In this document: one piece after another, positions 48,403 through 58,867 of the stretch
Layout: every line of letters begins with the position of its first letter
How positions within the stretch are numbered: the stretch's first letter is position 1
DNA from: an uncultured Gammaproteobacteria bacterium
Lineage (GTDB): Bacteria > Patescibacteriota > Patescibacteriia > Magasanikbacterales > GWA2-37-8
Direction: 5' to 3'
Assembly: GCA_964619625.1 (NCBI GenBank)
Contig: CAZUFD010000002.1
Coordinates: forward strand, 14,582 to 78,581
DNA length: 64,000 bases
The notes under the pieces: model-generated
The model's input: the letters and a program-made list of their open reading frames with translations, nothing else
Databases searched by the model: none
What the model was told of the DNA's origin: nothing
Program-made: the position numbers and the translations under genes

Positions 48403-49836
48403 TTAGTTAGCCAAGCCTACTTCTATAGTACGATCAACTGTCAAATCCGTTTTATAATTATATTTTTGATCGCCAATATTTTCTTGAGCTTCACTTGGGC
48501 TTGCTGATACGATATTTTTACCAAAATTAAGGTTGAGCGTCAATTTATCCGCGATCGTTCCTAATTGTTTTTGCACAAGCAGATTATACGAATTGTTTTT
48601 TATTTGCTCAGCTACTTGCGGCGCCACATAAAACTGCCAGGCGAGCTCACCGGTTTTGCCCGGTTCAATGGAAATAAATGCGCCAAACCACTGCCGGCCA
48701 TTTTCCATTCCCTGATCTACAACTCCGGGCTCGATTGATCTGTCTGCTTTCATACTGCCGGAAACCGAAATAAATTTACTGCCTTCAGGCAAGAAAACCC
48801 TGGCATACGTTCTGTATCTCGTTGTAAATTTCGTAAAGCTGCCATTATTTTTATATTTCATTTTCACCGTGCCAACATATTTATCCGTGCCGCTTGGCGC
48901 AACCGAATACGATAATTCTTTATCCATGACCTTATCGGTTTTAAGCGCGGCCATATTGGCATCCGCCCATAATATATAATCTTTTTTATCCTGTTTCATT
49001 TCTCCGCTCCAACCTCGGGCTACCAAAATTTTTTGTATTTCTAAGTCCGTGGAATACGCCAATATATGTTTCTCCAGCAACATGCGCTGGCTTAAAGCAA
49101 AATAACTGGACCAGTGTTTAAACAAATCGCCGCGAATACGAGCTAAAAGCGCATGGCTTAAATCGGCTAAAATTTTCTTGCGCTCGTCAAAATGCAAACC
49201 ATCTTCGGCAAAACCAAATTCCACTTCATACTCCAATTTTTCCGTAAAGTTGTCCGCGTTAAATTCTTCGCCATTTACGGTAATCGGCCCGCTGATGCGC
49301 AAAATTTCTTCAAGTAGAGTGGGTGTAATGCCGATTACGCCAGTAATTTCTTCGGCCGCAATACCTCGTTCTTTTTTAAACAAGTCCAGTGATTTCATGG
49401 AAGAGGCTGCAAAATCCGGCGACCAGTTACTGTCCCTAAAACCCCATCTTTTGACGAGCACATATTTTTGCAGCGGTTCGGGCGGCACGGACTCAAAATC
49501 TTGCGGCGCCTGGTTATCTAAAATTTCAGTTCCTTCCACTTTTAAAATATGCGGTATGCCTTTATCAACTCGCACGACGCTATAGGCGCCGATAAATCCC
49601 CCGCCCGGACGAATTTCAGTATTGTTTAAAAATAACACCAAATAGCTCTGCGGTTTTTCAAAACCCAATACTTTCGGAATCAGGATATTTTCTGCCGGAT
49701 CAGAAACAACCGTTTCGGCAACCTTTTTTATTACAGCCGATTGCAATCCGCCTTCGGAACGAGACCAGCGCCACAGCCCCAAAGCGCCGATAACAACTAT
49801 CGCAAAGAGTGAAATAAAAATTATTTTTTTTATCAT
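48403..49836 (-). CDS. DUF4012 domain protein
   Basis: YLVLFLNNTEIRPGGGFIG, RDSNWSPDF, YRTYARVFLP.GS, QKQ.G. Confidence 0.88.
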   Translation of the reverse strand: MIKKIIFISLFAIVVIGALGLWRWSRSEGGLQSAVIKKVAETVVSDPAENILIPKVLGFEKPQSYLVLFLNNTEIRPGGGFIGAYSVVRVDKGIPHILKVEGTEILDNQAPQDFESVPPEPLQKYVLVKRWGFRDSNWSPDFAASSMKSLDLFKKERGIAAEEITGVIGITPTLLEEILRISGPITVNGEEFNADNFTEKLEYEVEFGFAEDGLHFDERKKILADLSHALLARIRGDLFKHWSSYFALSQRMLLEKHILAYSTDLEIQKILVARGWSGEMKQDKKDYILWADANMAALKTDKVMDKELSYSVAPSGTDKYVGTVKMKYKNNGSFTKFTTRYRTYARVFLPEGSKFISVSGSMKADRSIEPGVVDQGMENGRQWFGAFISIEPGKTGELAWQFYVAPQVAEQIKNNSYNLLVQKQLGTIADKLTLNLNFGKNIVSASPSEAQENIGDQKYNYKTDLTVDRTIEVGLAN

Positions 49837-49859
49837 ATGTTTAGTCCATATAAACGAAA

Positions 49860-51344
49860 CTAACTTCTCTTTTTTACGGAAACGTTAAAACCAAGGTATT
49901 TGCCAAACATGAGATGAGTAACCGCGTCCAGACAAGGCAGCGACGAAAAGAAAATAAGCGATATCGGCAAAAGAAACCATTGCAGAATCATAAATAAATA
50001 TCCATGACGCGGGTGATTTTCCGGACGTGCCGGTAAAATCAACATGCTCATTACGGCTGAAACGAGCAGCCCGAGCATAGCCAATGTCATCAGAATTTCT
50101 AAAATATTGGGGGCATTAAAAAATAAAGCGCTCTGCCGAACTTCATTCCCCGCCACCCACAGAGGCAATCGGCCAATGAGGGTGATAAGAATTGCCACCA
50201 CCGCCCAACTCCACTTGCCCTCCCATTCATGAAACAGCGCTGATACTTTTTTAAACCAGGGAATTTTTTTATTCTGGCGGAATTGCCACAATAAATACGG
50301 AATATGTTCCGTGCCCCAGGCCCAGCGGCGCTGCTGCAAATATAAATTTTTCAAACTGCGCCACCACGAGTCGTCGCGCACCGTATCCATAGATACGGGA
50401 ATATACAGTGGCGTGACTTCATAATCTCCATTATACCGCAACCAGCATTGATAAAAAATACGCGAATCTTCGCTGACAATGTCCTTGCTATGCCCCCCGC
50501 AATCCATAATCGCTTTAAAACTCATGCTGTGCGAAGAAAATGTAACCAGGCTGTCTAACCTGGCCAAGCTAAACAACATCCAAAAACTGGTACCGAAGGC
50601 CATGATACGGATAATGGCCGGCGACTCCCACAAATTATTATTATATAAAGTGAGCGGTTGGAACGAACTGTGATCCGGTCGCGGATGGCTATTATACAAA
50701 TACGCCAGATGCGCGAAGTATTCGCTATGCACAATCGTATCAATATCAAAAACCGAAGTAATAATATCTATGTACTCCCAGCCGCGCTGGTCGGCATATT
50801 TCTTAAATTCCCATTCGGCATAGTGAATATTGGAACCTTTCCCCGGAATTTCATCGGGCAAATTTTCCGGATGCGTATAAAAAATTATATCCGCGAATTT
50901 TCCCGAATAATTCTCAACAACTAATTTTTGTATGCTTTGTGAGTGTTCCAGTTTTCTAGCCTCGCCGGAAATTACCAGATAGGTTTTGCTGGCTGGAAAG
51001 CTGGATTTTAAAAAACTATTCAACGTCGGCGCCACTACATCCCAACTTTCATTATACAGAGGCAGAAAAACGACATTCTTTCTTTTTTCCCAATCTGGAA
51101 ATTCGGCTTTAAGTTTTTCAAACCAATTTATTTTTATGGCCTTGCGGAAGCGCCTCCAAGACAAAAACAAATAAAAAGAAAAGTATGATACGCGGATAAC
51201 CCAATACACATCAAAGACCAGAATAAAATAAATCATCCATAACGGCTTGGCAAAGGATAAAATAATGGTCAAAAAAATCGTAAGCCAAATACTTAAGCCC
51301 GGTAACATTTCGTACAGACGATACCTGTGATAATTTGAGATCAT
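49860..51344 (-). CDS. Integral-membrane GT2 glycosyltransferase (processive type)
   Basis: GKGSN, DID, SED, QQRRWAWG; flanking TMs. Confidence 0.88.
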   Translation of the reverse strand: MISNYHRYRLYEMLPGLSIWLTIFLTIILSFAKPLWMIYFILVFDVYWVIRVSYFSFYLFLSWRRFRKAIKINWFEKLKAEFPDWEKRKNVVFLPLYNESWDVVAPTLNSFLKSSFPASKTYLVISGEARKLEHSQSIQKLVVENYSGKFADIIFYTHPENLPDEIPGKGSNIHYAEWEFKKYADQRGWEYIDIITSVFDIDTIVHSEYFAHLAYLYNSHPRPDHSSFQPLTLYNNNLWESPAIIRIMAFGTSFWMLFSLARLDSLVTFSSHSMSFKAIMDCGGHSKDIVSEDSRIFYQCWLRYNGDYEVTPLYIPVSMDTVRDDSWWRSLKNLYLQQRRWAWGTEHIPYLLWQFRQNKKIPWFKKVSALFHEWEGKWSWAVVAILITLIGRLPLWVAGNEVRQSALFFNAPNILEILMTLAMLGLLVSAVMSMLILPARPENHPRHGYLFMILQWFLLPISLIFFSSLPCLDAVTHLMFGKYLGFNVSVKKRS

Positions 51345-51793
51345 ACCTGGTTATTTTTTCCTTGTATATGAGCCTCCGCGCTATATTCGGGCATCACATA
51401 CTGTCCGGCCTTAGCCTCTTTGGCCTTAGCTGAAGCCGCCCGCTGGTCAAAATTCTTTTCTAATTTTATAACCGGAATATGCAAGCCATAAGCTAAGGTG
51501 TTAGCCAGAGTTACGGCCAGCCTAGTGGCTGTAAACCTTCCCACACCCATCACCACGCCCACGCATGTAATATCTTTTACAGATAGGTTAAGGTCAGATA
51601 AAAACTTGTCCAAACAAACGAGCAAATCATCACTCTGTTTCGTTTTAAAAACCTTTGATCTAATATTGTGTCCGGAAGTTTTTTGTTTTGACGAAGCCGC
51701 GGTTCTTTTAAAAACACCTTGAACAAATTTATTATCCATTTCAGCATAGAACACACCCCTATCGTCTTCGGTATTGTCAATAACAAGCAGCAT
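51341..51793 (-). CDS. tsaB: TsaB-like t6A biosynthesis protein (truncated CPR form)
   Basis: L.IDN; G.GRFTATR...ANTLAY....P; P.Y. Confidence 0.7.
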   Translation of the reverse strand: MLLVIDNTEDDRGVFYAEMDNKFVQGVFKRTAASSKQKTSGHNIRSKVFKTKQSDDLLVCLDKFLSDLNLSVKDITCVGVVMGVGRFTATRLAVTLANTLAYGLHIPVIKLEKNFDQRAASAKAKEAKAGQYVMPEYSAEAHIQGKNNQV

Positions 51794-51799
51794 AGCCGA

Positions 51800-52399
51800 T
51801 TACATTTTATTTATTTCGTCAATCACTTTTACATACTTGCCTTCAAAGATGCTATATAAGAATTTATCGCCAATTTCACGACGATCGTTTAATTCTTTTT
51901 CACTCATGATTGTATAGCGAAGCGACTTGCCCAGCTTTTTCTCAAAATCAGCCACCAGCTTTGAAACCAAAACCGGTTTTATTTCTCCCACGAGTAAAAT
52001 ATCGGTTTCCGCGTTTTTAGCATCCGTAAAGCAACCGGTAAACAATAGTAATTTCAGCTTGCCGGCTTTGCTCTTTAAGAGTTCAATCAGCTCACGCTCA
52101 TACAGTATTTGCGCCTTAAACAACAGGGCTTTAAGTTCCGCATACAGCAAACAAGCGGTATCTAATTTATAATATTTTGAACGGCCAGTACCGGATTGTT
52201 CGGCAGAATCGGTAATTTCGGCAACCGTAGGCATAATAATACCCACTTTTTCCAAATTACTGAGTTCGCGCCTGACCGCGTTAAGCTGGGATTCAGCCAG
52301 TCTTGCCAGTTCGCGCACATAAAATGGCCGATCCGGAGAATGGAAGAAAATATGCAAAAGTTTTATCCTCGTCTTTGAACCAAAAAGTTGTTCAAGCAT
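51800..52399 (-). CDS. wHTH transcriptional regulator with nucleotidyltransferase-like C-terminal domain
   Basis: LFGSKTRIKLL..F..YVRELAR...NAVRREL; G.F....DILLVG. Confidence 0.75.
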   Translation of the reverse strand: MLEQLFGSKTRIKLLHIFFHSPDRPFYVRELARLAESQLNAVRRELSNLEKVGIIMPTVAEITDSAEQSGTGRSKYYKLDTACLLYAELKALLFKAQILYERELIELLKSKAGKLKLLLFTGCFTDAKNAETDILLVGEIKPVLVSKLVADFEKKLGKSLRYTIMSEKELNDRREIGDKFLYSIFEGKYVKVIDEINKM

Positions 52400-52498
52400 A
52401 TCGCTAAGGTTGGACTAAATAAGAAAATCGTAATAAATAGCTTTACTATTTTACGCCGTTTATAGTATAATTATTAAAGAAGAAAAAGTCAAAATACC

Positions 52499-54784
52499 AT
52501 GGATAAAACACTACACTTACATGAATTTTTCGTGGAAGGAAACAACCCCGAAGAATCGCATGTCTTATTAAATATCACCGAACCCTCTACTTCAGCCGAA
52601 AGAAGCAAGGGCTATTTTTTCGTAATCTGCGAAATAAACAACGGCGACACCAAATATATCGCCAAGATGCAAAATATCATAGATGAGATAGAAAATAGTT
52701 ACTACGAAATTCCAGATCAAGAATACCAAACTGCCTTAGAAATCGTCTTAAACAAGGTCAATCAAGAAAACATGTCCATGATCCAGCCAGAGATTGGCTT
52801 GCATTGCATTGTGGGCGCGATTCGCGAAAATGATATTATCTTTAGCTTTTACGGGCATCCGCAAATGGTGCTTTTCTACAAAACCAAAGACGGCCTATAC
52901 AAAAAAATGGATTTGGTAGAAGAAAATAAATCTACCGAAAACTCGGAAAACAATCAGCTGTTTTCCCAAATTGTTCAGGGAAAAATCGGCCCCAACGATT
53001 TTTTCTTTGCCGGTACGCCAAATATTATAAACTACTTCAATCATGACCGCCTGCAAAAAATTATTACCACCCGCCCGCCGCGCCAAAGTTCCGAACACTT
53101 GCAGCGAGTATTGTCCGAACTTCAAAACAATATTTCATTTGGCGGCATCATAATTAACCTGCAAAAAAGTACGGAGCCTATTCCAACTCCAAGAATCTCT
53201 CCTGTTAAAAAAGGAGAATCCGCCCGCTCATTAAAGAGCTTGTTTAGCACTGAACAAAATACAGCGAGCATTCTCTCTCCGTCTTTACTGCCAAAATTTC
53301 AAGACAAAGTAAATAACGCCTTTACCGATCAAGAAGAGCCTGAAATGATGCAGCCAAACCCAACCGGCTTGCGCGCCAATACCGAAATTACTTCTTCACA
53401 CTTACGCGCCAGACAAGACCGGATACGACCGGCGGCTAGGCCTAACACCCAGGAAATAATTAAAAAAATAATATTTATTATCTGGCAAATCATAAAATAC
53501 ACGGGCCGAGCAATTATGATTCTCTTGCTTTTTATTGGCACTGTATTTTCCACGCTTGGCAGAAACGCGATGTTATTATTTTTCGTGGTTACCAATTACC
53601 AAAATAGACGCCGCAACATTTTGACTCAGTGGGGCAACTGGTGGCGCAATCTAAAGAATAACCTTAAGCAACTGCCGCTTATTACCAAAGCTTTGCTTAT
53701 TGTCTCCATAATTTTAGTACTCGTATTTACCGTTGGAATCGTGTATGTGAAAAATAAACAGAAAAAAGAAGCTCGTGTAAAACAATCCATGCAAATCGCT
53801 CAGATGATACAAAATAAACAAGATGAGGCCGAGAGTTCTTTGGTATACGGCGATACGGATACGGCTATAACCAAACTACAAGAGGCTGAAGAAATTCTCA
53901 CCACTCTCCCTTGCGAGACAAACGCTGAAAAAGCAACGTGCCAAAACCTAAAAACCCAGCTAGTTGCCTTACAATTAAGGGCTCGCCATATCACTCTGGT
54001 CACCCCGCAGCTTCTGGCGGATTGGAATACGCTCGCTCCCAACAACCAAATGGAAAACATCTTCCTGCTTAACAATAAAATTTACGGATTTGGCAAAACT
54101 AACTCCGACATCTTGGCCTATGACATGCTGACCAAAGAGTCACAGCTCACCAGTCCAAACTTATCTGTAAACAACTTTATTACAGTTTCCGTACCAAAAG
54201 AAAATGATTACGCGGTACTACTGTATGACAACCAACACGTGGTACAGTTCCAACCAACGGAGAATTCCTGGAAAAAGGTAGATATCTCCTACCCTGCTCA
54301 AAATGCTAACATTTCTAGTTTGGCCGTATATAATCGCAGACTCTACACCCTGGACGCTCAAAACAATAAAATCTACCGCCATGATTCAATTAAAACCGGC
54401 TTCTCCACGGGCAAAGAATGGACCCAAAATAACACGACGGATATTAAATCCGGCATTGATATGTCTATAGACGGCGATGTCTTTATCTTAGGCAAGAACG
54501 GCAGTATTTATAAATTTACCAAAGGCCAAACACAAAACTTTAATCTTTCCAAAATTGATCCGCCGCTCACTTCGGCTGATAAAATTTGGACATATAATGA
54601 TCTTAACTATCTTTATATTTTAGACAGTGCTGGCAAAAGAATTATCATTGCGAATAAAACCGGTGAATTTAAATCCCAAATTACAGCCAGTGAATTTGTC
54701 CATCCTACGGGTATGATTATAGATGAGCAAAAAAAGATTGCTTATATTATAGACGGCAACAAACTATACCAGATTGGGTTATAA
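52499..54784 (+). CDS. Conserved CPR membrane protein (PP2C-like N-terminus, TM, NHL-like propeller)
   Basis: TMs in the middle; LYTLD..N.IY, IDGDVFIL, YLYILD...RII. Confidence 0.7.
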   Translation: MDKTLHLHEFFVEGNNPEESHVLLNITEPSTSAERSKGYFFVICEINNGDTKYIAKMQNIIDEIENSYYEIPDQEYQTALEIVLNKVNQENMSMIQPEIGLHCIVGAIRENDIIFSFYGHPQMVLFYKTKDGLYKKMDLVEENKSTENSENNQLFSQIVQGKIGPNDFFFAGTPNIINYFNHDRLQKIITTRPPRQSSEHLQRVLSELQNNISFGGIIINLQKSTEPIPTPRISPVKKGESARSLKSLFSTEQNTASILSPSLLPKFQDKVNNAFTDQEEPEMMQPNPTGLRANTEITSSHLRARQDRIRPAARPNTQEIIKKIIFIIWQIIKYTGRAIMILLLFIGTVFSTLGRNAMLLFFVVTNYQNRRRNILTQWGNWWRNLKNNLKQLPLITKALLIVSIILVLVFTVGIVYVKNKQKKEARVKQSMQIAQMIQNKQDEAESSLVYGDTDTAITKLQEAEEILTTLPCETNAEKATCQNLKTQLVALQLRARHITLVTPQLLADWNTLAPNNQMENIFLLNNKIYGFGKTNSDILAYDMLTKESQLTSPNLSVNNFITVSVPKENDYAVLLYDNQHVVQFQPTENSWKKVDISYPAQNANISSLAVYNRRLYTLDAQNNKIYRHDSIKTGFSTGKEWTQNNTTDIKSGIDMSIDGDVFILGKNGSIYKFTKGQTQNFNLSKIDPPLTSADKIWTYNDLNYLYILDSAGKRIIIANKTGEFKSQITASEFVHPTGMIIDEQKKIAYIIDGNKLYQIGL

Positions 54785-54853
54785 TTGCTAAGGACGAAAC
54801 AAATAAAATTTTAATTTTATTTGTGAGACCTGACGCAATTTCAAGCTTTGCTT
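54783..54853. repeat. Structured intergenic repeat, family B (copy 2)
   Basis: AATTGC-TAA-GG-ACGA-[ACAAATAAAATT hairpin]-GAGA-CC-TGAC-GCAATT..AAGCTTTGCTT. Confidence 0.7.
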
Positions 54854-54863
54854 ATAATAAATA

Positions 54864-54905
54864 AAATAAAAAAGACCCCGAATTATGGAGTCTTTTTTAT
54901 TTTAT
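54864..54905. terminator. Bidirectional terminator between convergent genes
   Basis: AAAATAAAAAAGAC..GTCTTTTTTATTTT. Confidence 0.75.
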
Positions 54906-54946
54906 AGGGATCCTTCGATTACAACCTCAGGATGACTTTAAAATTA

Positions 54947-55354
54947 TTATTTTAATGTCACTTTACCGCCAGCTTCTTCAATTTTCTTCTTCATAGCTTC
55001 GGCTTCCTCTTTCTTTACTGCTTCCTTAATTACCTTAGGAGCGCCATCAACCATAGCTTTGGCATCAGCCAGTCCAAGACCGGTAATTTCCTTAACTGCC
55101 TTGATAACATTGATTTTGCTAGCACCACCGTCTGTAAGTTCAACATTGAACTCAGTTTTTTCTTCAGCGGCAGCAGCGCCTCCGGCAGCTGGAGCGGCAG
55201 CCATCATCATGGCTGGAGCAGCGGCAGATACGCCGAATTTCTCTTCCAAAACTTTTACAAGTTCGGAAAGATCGAGCACTGACATTTTTTCAATTTCAGC
55301 CACCAAATCCTTGAATTTGGCAGGCACTTCTACAACTTTATTTTCTTCTGACAT
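54947..55354 (-). CDS. rplL: 50S ribosomal protein bL12
   Basis: [36 protein letters not shown]. Confidence 0.98.
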   Translation of the reverse strand: MSEENKVVEVPAKFKDLVAEIEKMSVLDLSELVKVLEEKFGVSAAAPAMMMAAAPAAGGAAAAEEKTEFNVELTDGGASKINVIKAVKEITGLGLADAKAMVDGAPKVIKEAVKKEEAEAMKKKIEEAGGKVTLK

Positions 55355-55375
55355 AGAATTAGTTAAATATGTAAA

Positions 55376-55900
55376 TTATGATTTTGCTTTGGCGATATTA
55401 TTAAGCACTCCAACAAGCCCGCGTAAGTTTCCAGCCATGACGTTTACAAATCCGGAAACCGGAGCGTTAAGAGTTCCAACCAATTTTGCCAAGAGTTCCC
55501 GCTTGCTTGGCAAGCTGGCCAAACTCTTTACCATGGAAACATCTATAAATTTGCCTTCCAGCACACCACCAAATAGTTTAACTATTTCGTGATCTTTGGA
55601 GAATGTGTGCACTATTTTTGCGGCGGAAACTTCGTCTCCCAAAGCCATAAAAGTAGCCACACCGCCGGAGAAAACTTTAGGATCAATATCTTTGAGTCCC
55701 AATTCTTCACACGCGCGCTTTACCAGGGTTTTCTTGGCAGCTACAACTTTGATGTTGTTTTTTCGGCATTCTCGGCGCAATTCTTCTGCTTCCGAAACCT
55801 TCAATCCTTGAAAATTGGCAAAAACCACGGCCTTAGCCGCTTTAAGACCATCTTCCAAAGATTTAACGGTATCTTGTTTCTGCAGTTTTGTTTTTGGCAT
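55376..55900 (-). CDS. rplJ: 50S ribosomal protein uL10
   Basis: F.GL.V...LR, V.KKTL, LASLPSKRELLAKL. Confidence 0.96.
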   Translation of the reverse strand: MPKTKLQKQDTVKSLEDGLKAAKAVVFANFQGLKVSEAEELRRECRKNNIKVVAAKKTLVKRACEELGLKDIDPKVFSGGVATFMALGDEVSAAKIVHTFSKDHEIVKLFGGVLEGKFIDVSMVKSLASLPSKRELLAKLVGTLNAPVSGFVNVMAGNLRGLVGVLNNIAKAKS

Positions 55901-55919
55901 ATGTATGTTTTTCAAACAA

Positions 55920-56055
55920 AAAATCTGTGTTCTCCACAGACCTCTAGCACAAATCGACCGAATCTAGCTAAACAGCTATTATTTGTACCTCGGCAGGCCT
56001 GCCCGTAAATCGGGCAAATTAGATCCTTTCGGACACCTACTGTCTATGGTTAGAC
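55920..56055 (-). promoter_or_regulatory. L10 leader (autogenous control RNA)
   Basis: CCATAGACAGTAGGTG..TAA..CCTGCCGAGG upstream of rplJ. Confidence 0.85.
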
Positions 56056-56091
56056 CAAGTATATATATAATGATAAAAAAAGTCAAGGGCT

Positions 56092-56496
56092 CTATTTCTT
56101 ATGCCTCCCGATACCAAGATTGATATCTTCAAGTCCCACTTCCCAGGTTTTAGGTACGCCAACACTGGCAAAATCTCTGATCTTCCGCATGTCGCTAATC
56201 CCCAATTTTGCGAGCTCCTGTATGAGCGCGGGTTTGTTAACTTTTTCATCACCTGAAACAACCTTAATGCACATCTCTCTTATTCTTAACCGTTCATAGC
56301 CCGGATCTTGTTTGGCGAGAGCCAGTATTTCCGCATCCTGAACCACATCAAAGCTATGCTTTAGACTACTTCTGGCCGCAGCCCGATCTTCTTCACTTTT
56401 ACCAAAAACTGCTGTAATAGCTAATTCAATTTTTACCCTTTGTCTTCCAATTTCTCTTGATCCTATTCCCGTTCCTCCTTCAGATGATTTTGCCAT
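56092..56496 (-). CDS. Hypothetical protein
   Basis: Start placed at MAKSSEGG because a family-A repeat abuts this ATG. Confidence 0.55.
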   Translation of the reverse strand: MAKSSEGGTGIGSREIGRQRVKIELAITAVFGKSEEDRAAARSSLKHSFDVVQDAEILALAKQDPGYERLRIREMCIKVVSGDEKVNKPALIQELAKLGISDMRKIRDFASVGVPKTWEVGLEDINLGIGRHKK

Positions 56497-56612
56497 ATGC
56501 GAAATAAGTGAATTAAATAATTTCATTAGAAAATAATGAGCTTGCTAAATTATTTTCTAATGAAATTATTTATGAGCGAATGAGTATATATGCGGCTTTA
56601 GCCCATATATAT
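56494..56612 (-). repeat. Start-codon-abutting structured repeat, family A
   Basis: CATATGCGAAATAAGTGAAT, 24-bp perfect stem, TGAGCGA, then ATATATGCGGCTTTAGCCCATATAT. Confidence 0.75.
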
Positions 56613-56621
56613 TAAAATTAA

Positions 56622-57305
56622 TTACTGTATAATCGTACCATTAAACGACTCGCCGCTCAAGGCTTGGTTTAATAAATTTAAATTTGTGCCTTTTACAAAC
56701 TTTACTGTTAACCCCAGTTTCTGCGCGGTTTTGGCTGCCACCGGATCAAACGGAAAATTTGCCCCCGGGCTCCATTTGTCGCCTATAATACCTCTCATTT
56801 CCTTCCAACTTAACTCTGACAGCGCCTTGGCGCCTGGATATTTTTTTGGATCAGCCGTATAGACATAATCAATATTAGACGCGTTAATCACTTCTGTAGC
56901 TCCGTACGTTTTTGCCAGAAGCACAGCGTCGTGGTCGGTAGAACAGCCCGGCTTCCAACCCGCGGCCATAAGTATTGGCTTGGTGCTTTTAATTTTTTTT
57001 GTTGGGTTGGTAATGATTTCACTATGCGCGTAATCTTTAAATAAAAATCTTACAAATTCCGCGTTAAATATGGTGGATTTTATCCCCAACCAATCTAAAT
57101 CCGTATTTGTCATGTCAGCCACCTGGCTGGCCGCGTTTTGATAATTACGGCATGTCGCTCCCCCGCCGATTACCAGAATAAATTTCTCGCCTTTTTTAAC
57201 TCGTTCCACAATTAAATCACGCAATTTTTTAAGAAATTCAATATCAAAACCAGACGGAGGAATAATAATAGAGCCCCCTATAGAAATTATTCTAAACTTG
57301 TTCAT
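56622..57305 (-). CDS. pyrH: UMP kinase (archaeal-type)
   Basis: ISIGGS, VIGGGATCRNY, D.LGI..T, G..PG.STD, VYTADP, PFDPVA. Confidence 0.93.
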   Translation of the reverse strand: MNKFRIISIGGSIIIPPSGFDIEFLKKLRDLIVERVKKGEKFILVIGGGATCRNYQNAASQVADMTNTDLDWLGIKSTIFNAEFVRFLFKDYAHSEIITNPTKKIKSTKPILMAAGWKPGCSTDHDAVLLAKTYGATEVINASNIDYVYTADPKKYPGAKALSELSWKEMRGIIGDKWSPGANFPFDPVAAKTAQKLGLTVKFVKGTNLNLLNQALSGESFNGTIIQ

Positions 57306-57444
57306 AAAAATTTTTCCGTACTTTAGGATTATCTATTCTAGCTTTTTTGTTAGCCACAAAAATCGCTTTATTTGCCTTAAACAAACTCGGCGTGCGATAC
57401 GCGGTTTTGCCTTTTTGCGCTCGATTGGAAGAATAATTTTTCAT
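57292..57444 (-). CDS. Possible small basic protein (50 aa)
   Basis: MKNYSSNRAQKGKTAYRTPSLFKANKAIFVANKKARIDNPKVRKNFYEQV fills the gap and overlaps the pyrH start. Confidence 0.3.
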   Translation of the reverse strand: MKNYSSNRAQKGKTAYRTPSLFKANKAIFVANKKARIDNPKVRKNFYEQV

Positions 57445-57459
57445 GCAGAGCTCTGCTAT

Positions 57460-57816
57460 TTAACTATTGGTACTATTACTGCTCTTAATTAACGAACTTA
57501 CGGCCCAGCCCACCAACCACATAATTATTGCTCCCCAGAGCGCGGCCCAAAAACCTGACACATAAAAACCCTTAACAATTGTTGAGGCAAGTAAAAACAT
57601 GGCTGCATTTATTACAAACGTAAAAAGCCCTAGGGTTAGAATATTTATTGGCAATGTTAAAACAATAAGAAGCGGACGAATGAGAGCGTTAATAAGCCCC
57701 AAAATTAATGCTGCCACCAGCGCCGCGTATACGCTATCCACCATAATACCCGGCACCAAATAGGCCACGAGCATTAGGGTTGCCGCACTCACCAACCACC
57801 GAAGAACTAATTGCAT
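57460..57816 (-). CDS. YvlD-like 4-TM membrane protein (phage holin family 4)
   Basis: NALIRPLL..LTLPINILTLGLF.FVINA. Confidence 0.92.
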   Translation of the reverse strand: MQLVLRWLVSAATLMLVAYLVPGIMVDSVYAALVAALILGLINALIRPLLIVLTLPINILTLGLFTFVINAAMFLLASTIVKGFYVSGFWAALWGAIIMWLVGWAVSSLIKSSNSTNS

Positions 57817-57837
57817 ATTCTTTTATTAAAAATAAAT

Positions 57838-58434
57838 TTAACCAACTAATAATCTAAACAGTCCGTTTATGAGCGGAGAGATAAGTTCAAACAAAAAGAA
57901 AACAAAAAATAATAAAATTACAAAACCGTACCGTTCCAAAAAATTCTTAATTTTATAGGCCGAGCTTGGCAATACGGCATACAAAACTTTTGATCCGTCA
58001 AGCGGCGGGATCGGCACTAAATTAAATATCATTAACATAATATTAGCATACACAATAATTGCTAAAATTTCAGCCAGGCCTAGTGGCAGGGGCAAAAAGC
58101 GTATAAGCAAGGCAAATGCTACAGCCAAAAGAAGGTTGGCGGCTGGTCCGGCGAGCGCCACCATAACTGGCCCCCATTTCTGATTTTTTAAATTATACGG
58201 GTTATACGGCACGGGTTTGGCATATGCAAATAAAAATCTACCGCCCGTGAGAATTGAAAGCATTATTGGCATTAAAATCGTACCCCAAGGATCTATGTGG
58301 GCCATAGGGTTTACAGTCAGTCTTCCGGCATGACGGGCGGTAGGGTCGCCAAGCATATCTGCCACCCAGCCATGAGCATATTCATGGATAATCGCCGAAG
58401 GCACAATGACCAAAAAATAAAAGATAAAGTCCAT
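57838..58434 (-). CDS. Site-2 protease (M50)
   Basis: HEYAHG, AGPAAN, FNLVPIPPLDG. Confidence 0.95.
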   Translation of the reverse strand: MDFIFYFLVIVPSAIIHEYAHGWVADMLGDPTARHAGRLTVNPMAHIDPWGTILMPIMLSILTGGRFLFAYAKPVPYNPYNLKNQKWGPVMVALAGPAANLLLAVAFALLIRFLPLPLGLAEILAIIVYANIMLMIFNLVPIPPLDGSKVLYAVLPSSAYKIKNFLERYGFVILLFFVFFLFELISPLINGLFRLLVG

Positions 58435-58445
58435 AAGTAACAGAG

Positions 58446-58474
58446 TTGACAAAACTTAAGTAGTAGCGTATACT
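58446..58474 (+). promoter_or_regulatory. Sigma70 promoter of rpmB
   Basis: TTGACA-17nt-TATACT. Confidence 0.75.
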
Positions 58475-58522
58475 GTAACCATTGTATTTAAGTATACTTA
58501 AAAAATCTTAAAGTTTCAACAT

Positions 58523-58699
58523 ATGTCCCGAGCTTGCTATATCTGCGAGAAGTCCGCTGCCCGCGCCAACCACGTGAGCCATTCCAATCGCAAAGTACCA
58601 CGCAGACAAAATCCAAACTTACAGTTGGTTAGAGTAGACGGCAAAAGTATCAAAGCCTGCTCCACCTGCCGCCGTACGATGGTAAAAAAATTGGCATAA
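58523..58699 (+). CDS. rpmB: 50S ribosomal protein bL28
   Basis: Manual translation MSRACYICEK..NHVSHSNRKVPRRQNPNLQ..ACSTCRRT. Confidence 0.95.
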   Translation: MSRACYICEKSAARANHVSHSNRKVPRRQNPNLQLVRVDGKSIKACSTCRRTMVKKLA

Positions 58700-58714
58700 A
58701 TAAAATATACAGCC

Positions 58715-58749
58715 ACAAAAACACCTCTATTACTTCGAGGTGTTTTTGT
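58715..58749 (+). terminator. Terminator after rpmB
   Basis: ACAAAAACACCTC/GAGGTGTTTTTGT. Confidence 0.75.
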
Positions 58750-58867
58750 TTTTAGTAAAATTAATTGACAGTAGGCACAAAATATTATTACATACCTATT
58801 GTCCATCGGCTGAACTACTTTCGCACCAACATGCGAGTTGGCTCAACCCGAGAAACGGAGAAGTACC

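Noticed and set aside
54783-54853. Hammerhead ribozyme (CTGA.GA / GAAA-like words)
   Set aside because: Core elements are not in hammerhead order and no three-helix junction can be drawn
57460-57816. 'Phage holin' as evidence of a prophage
   Set aside because: YvlD-like family is commonly chromosomal; neighbours are housekeeping genes
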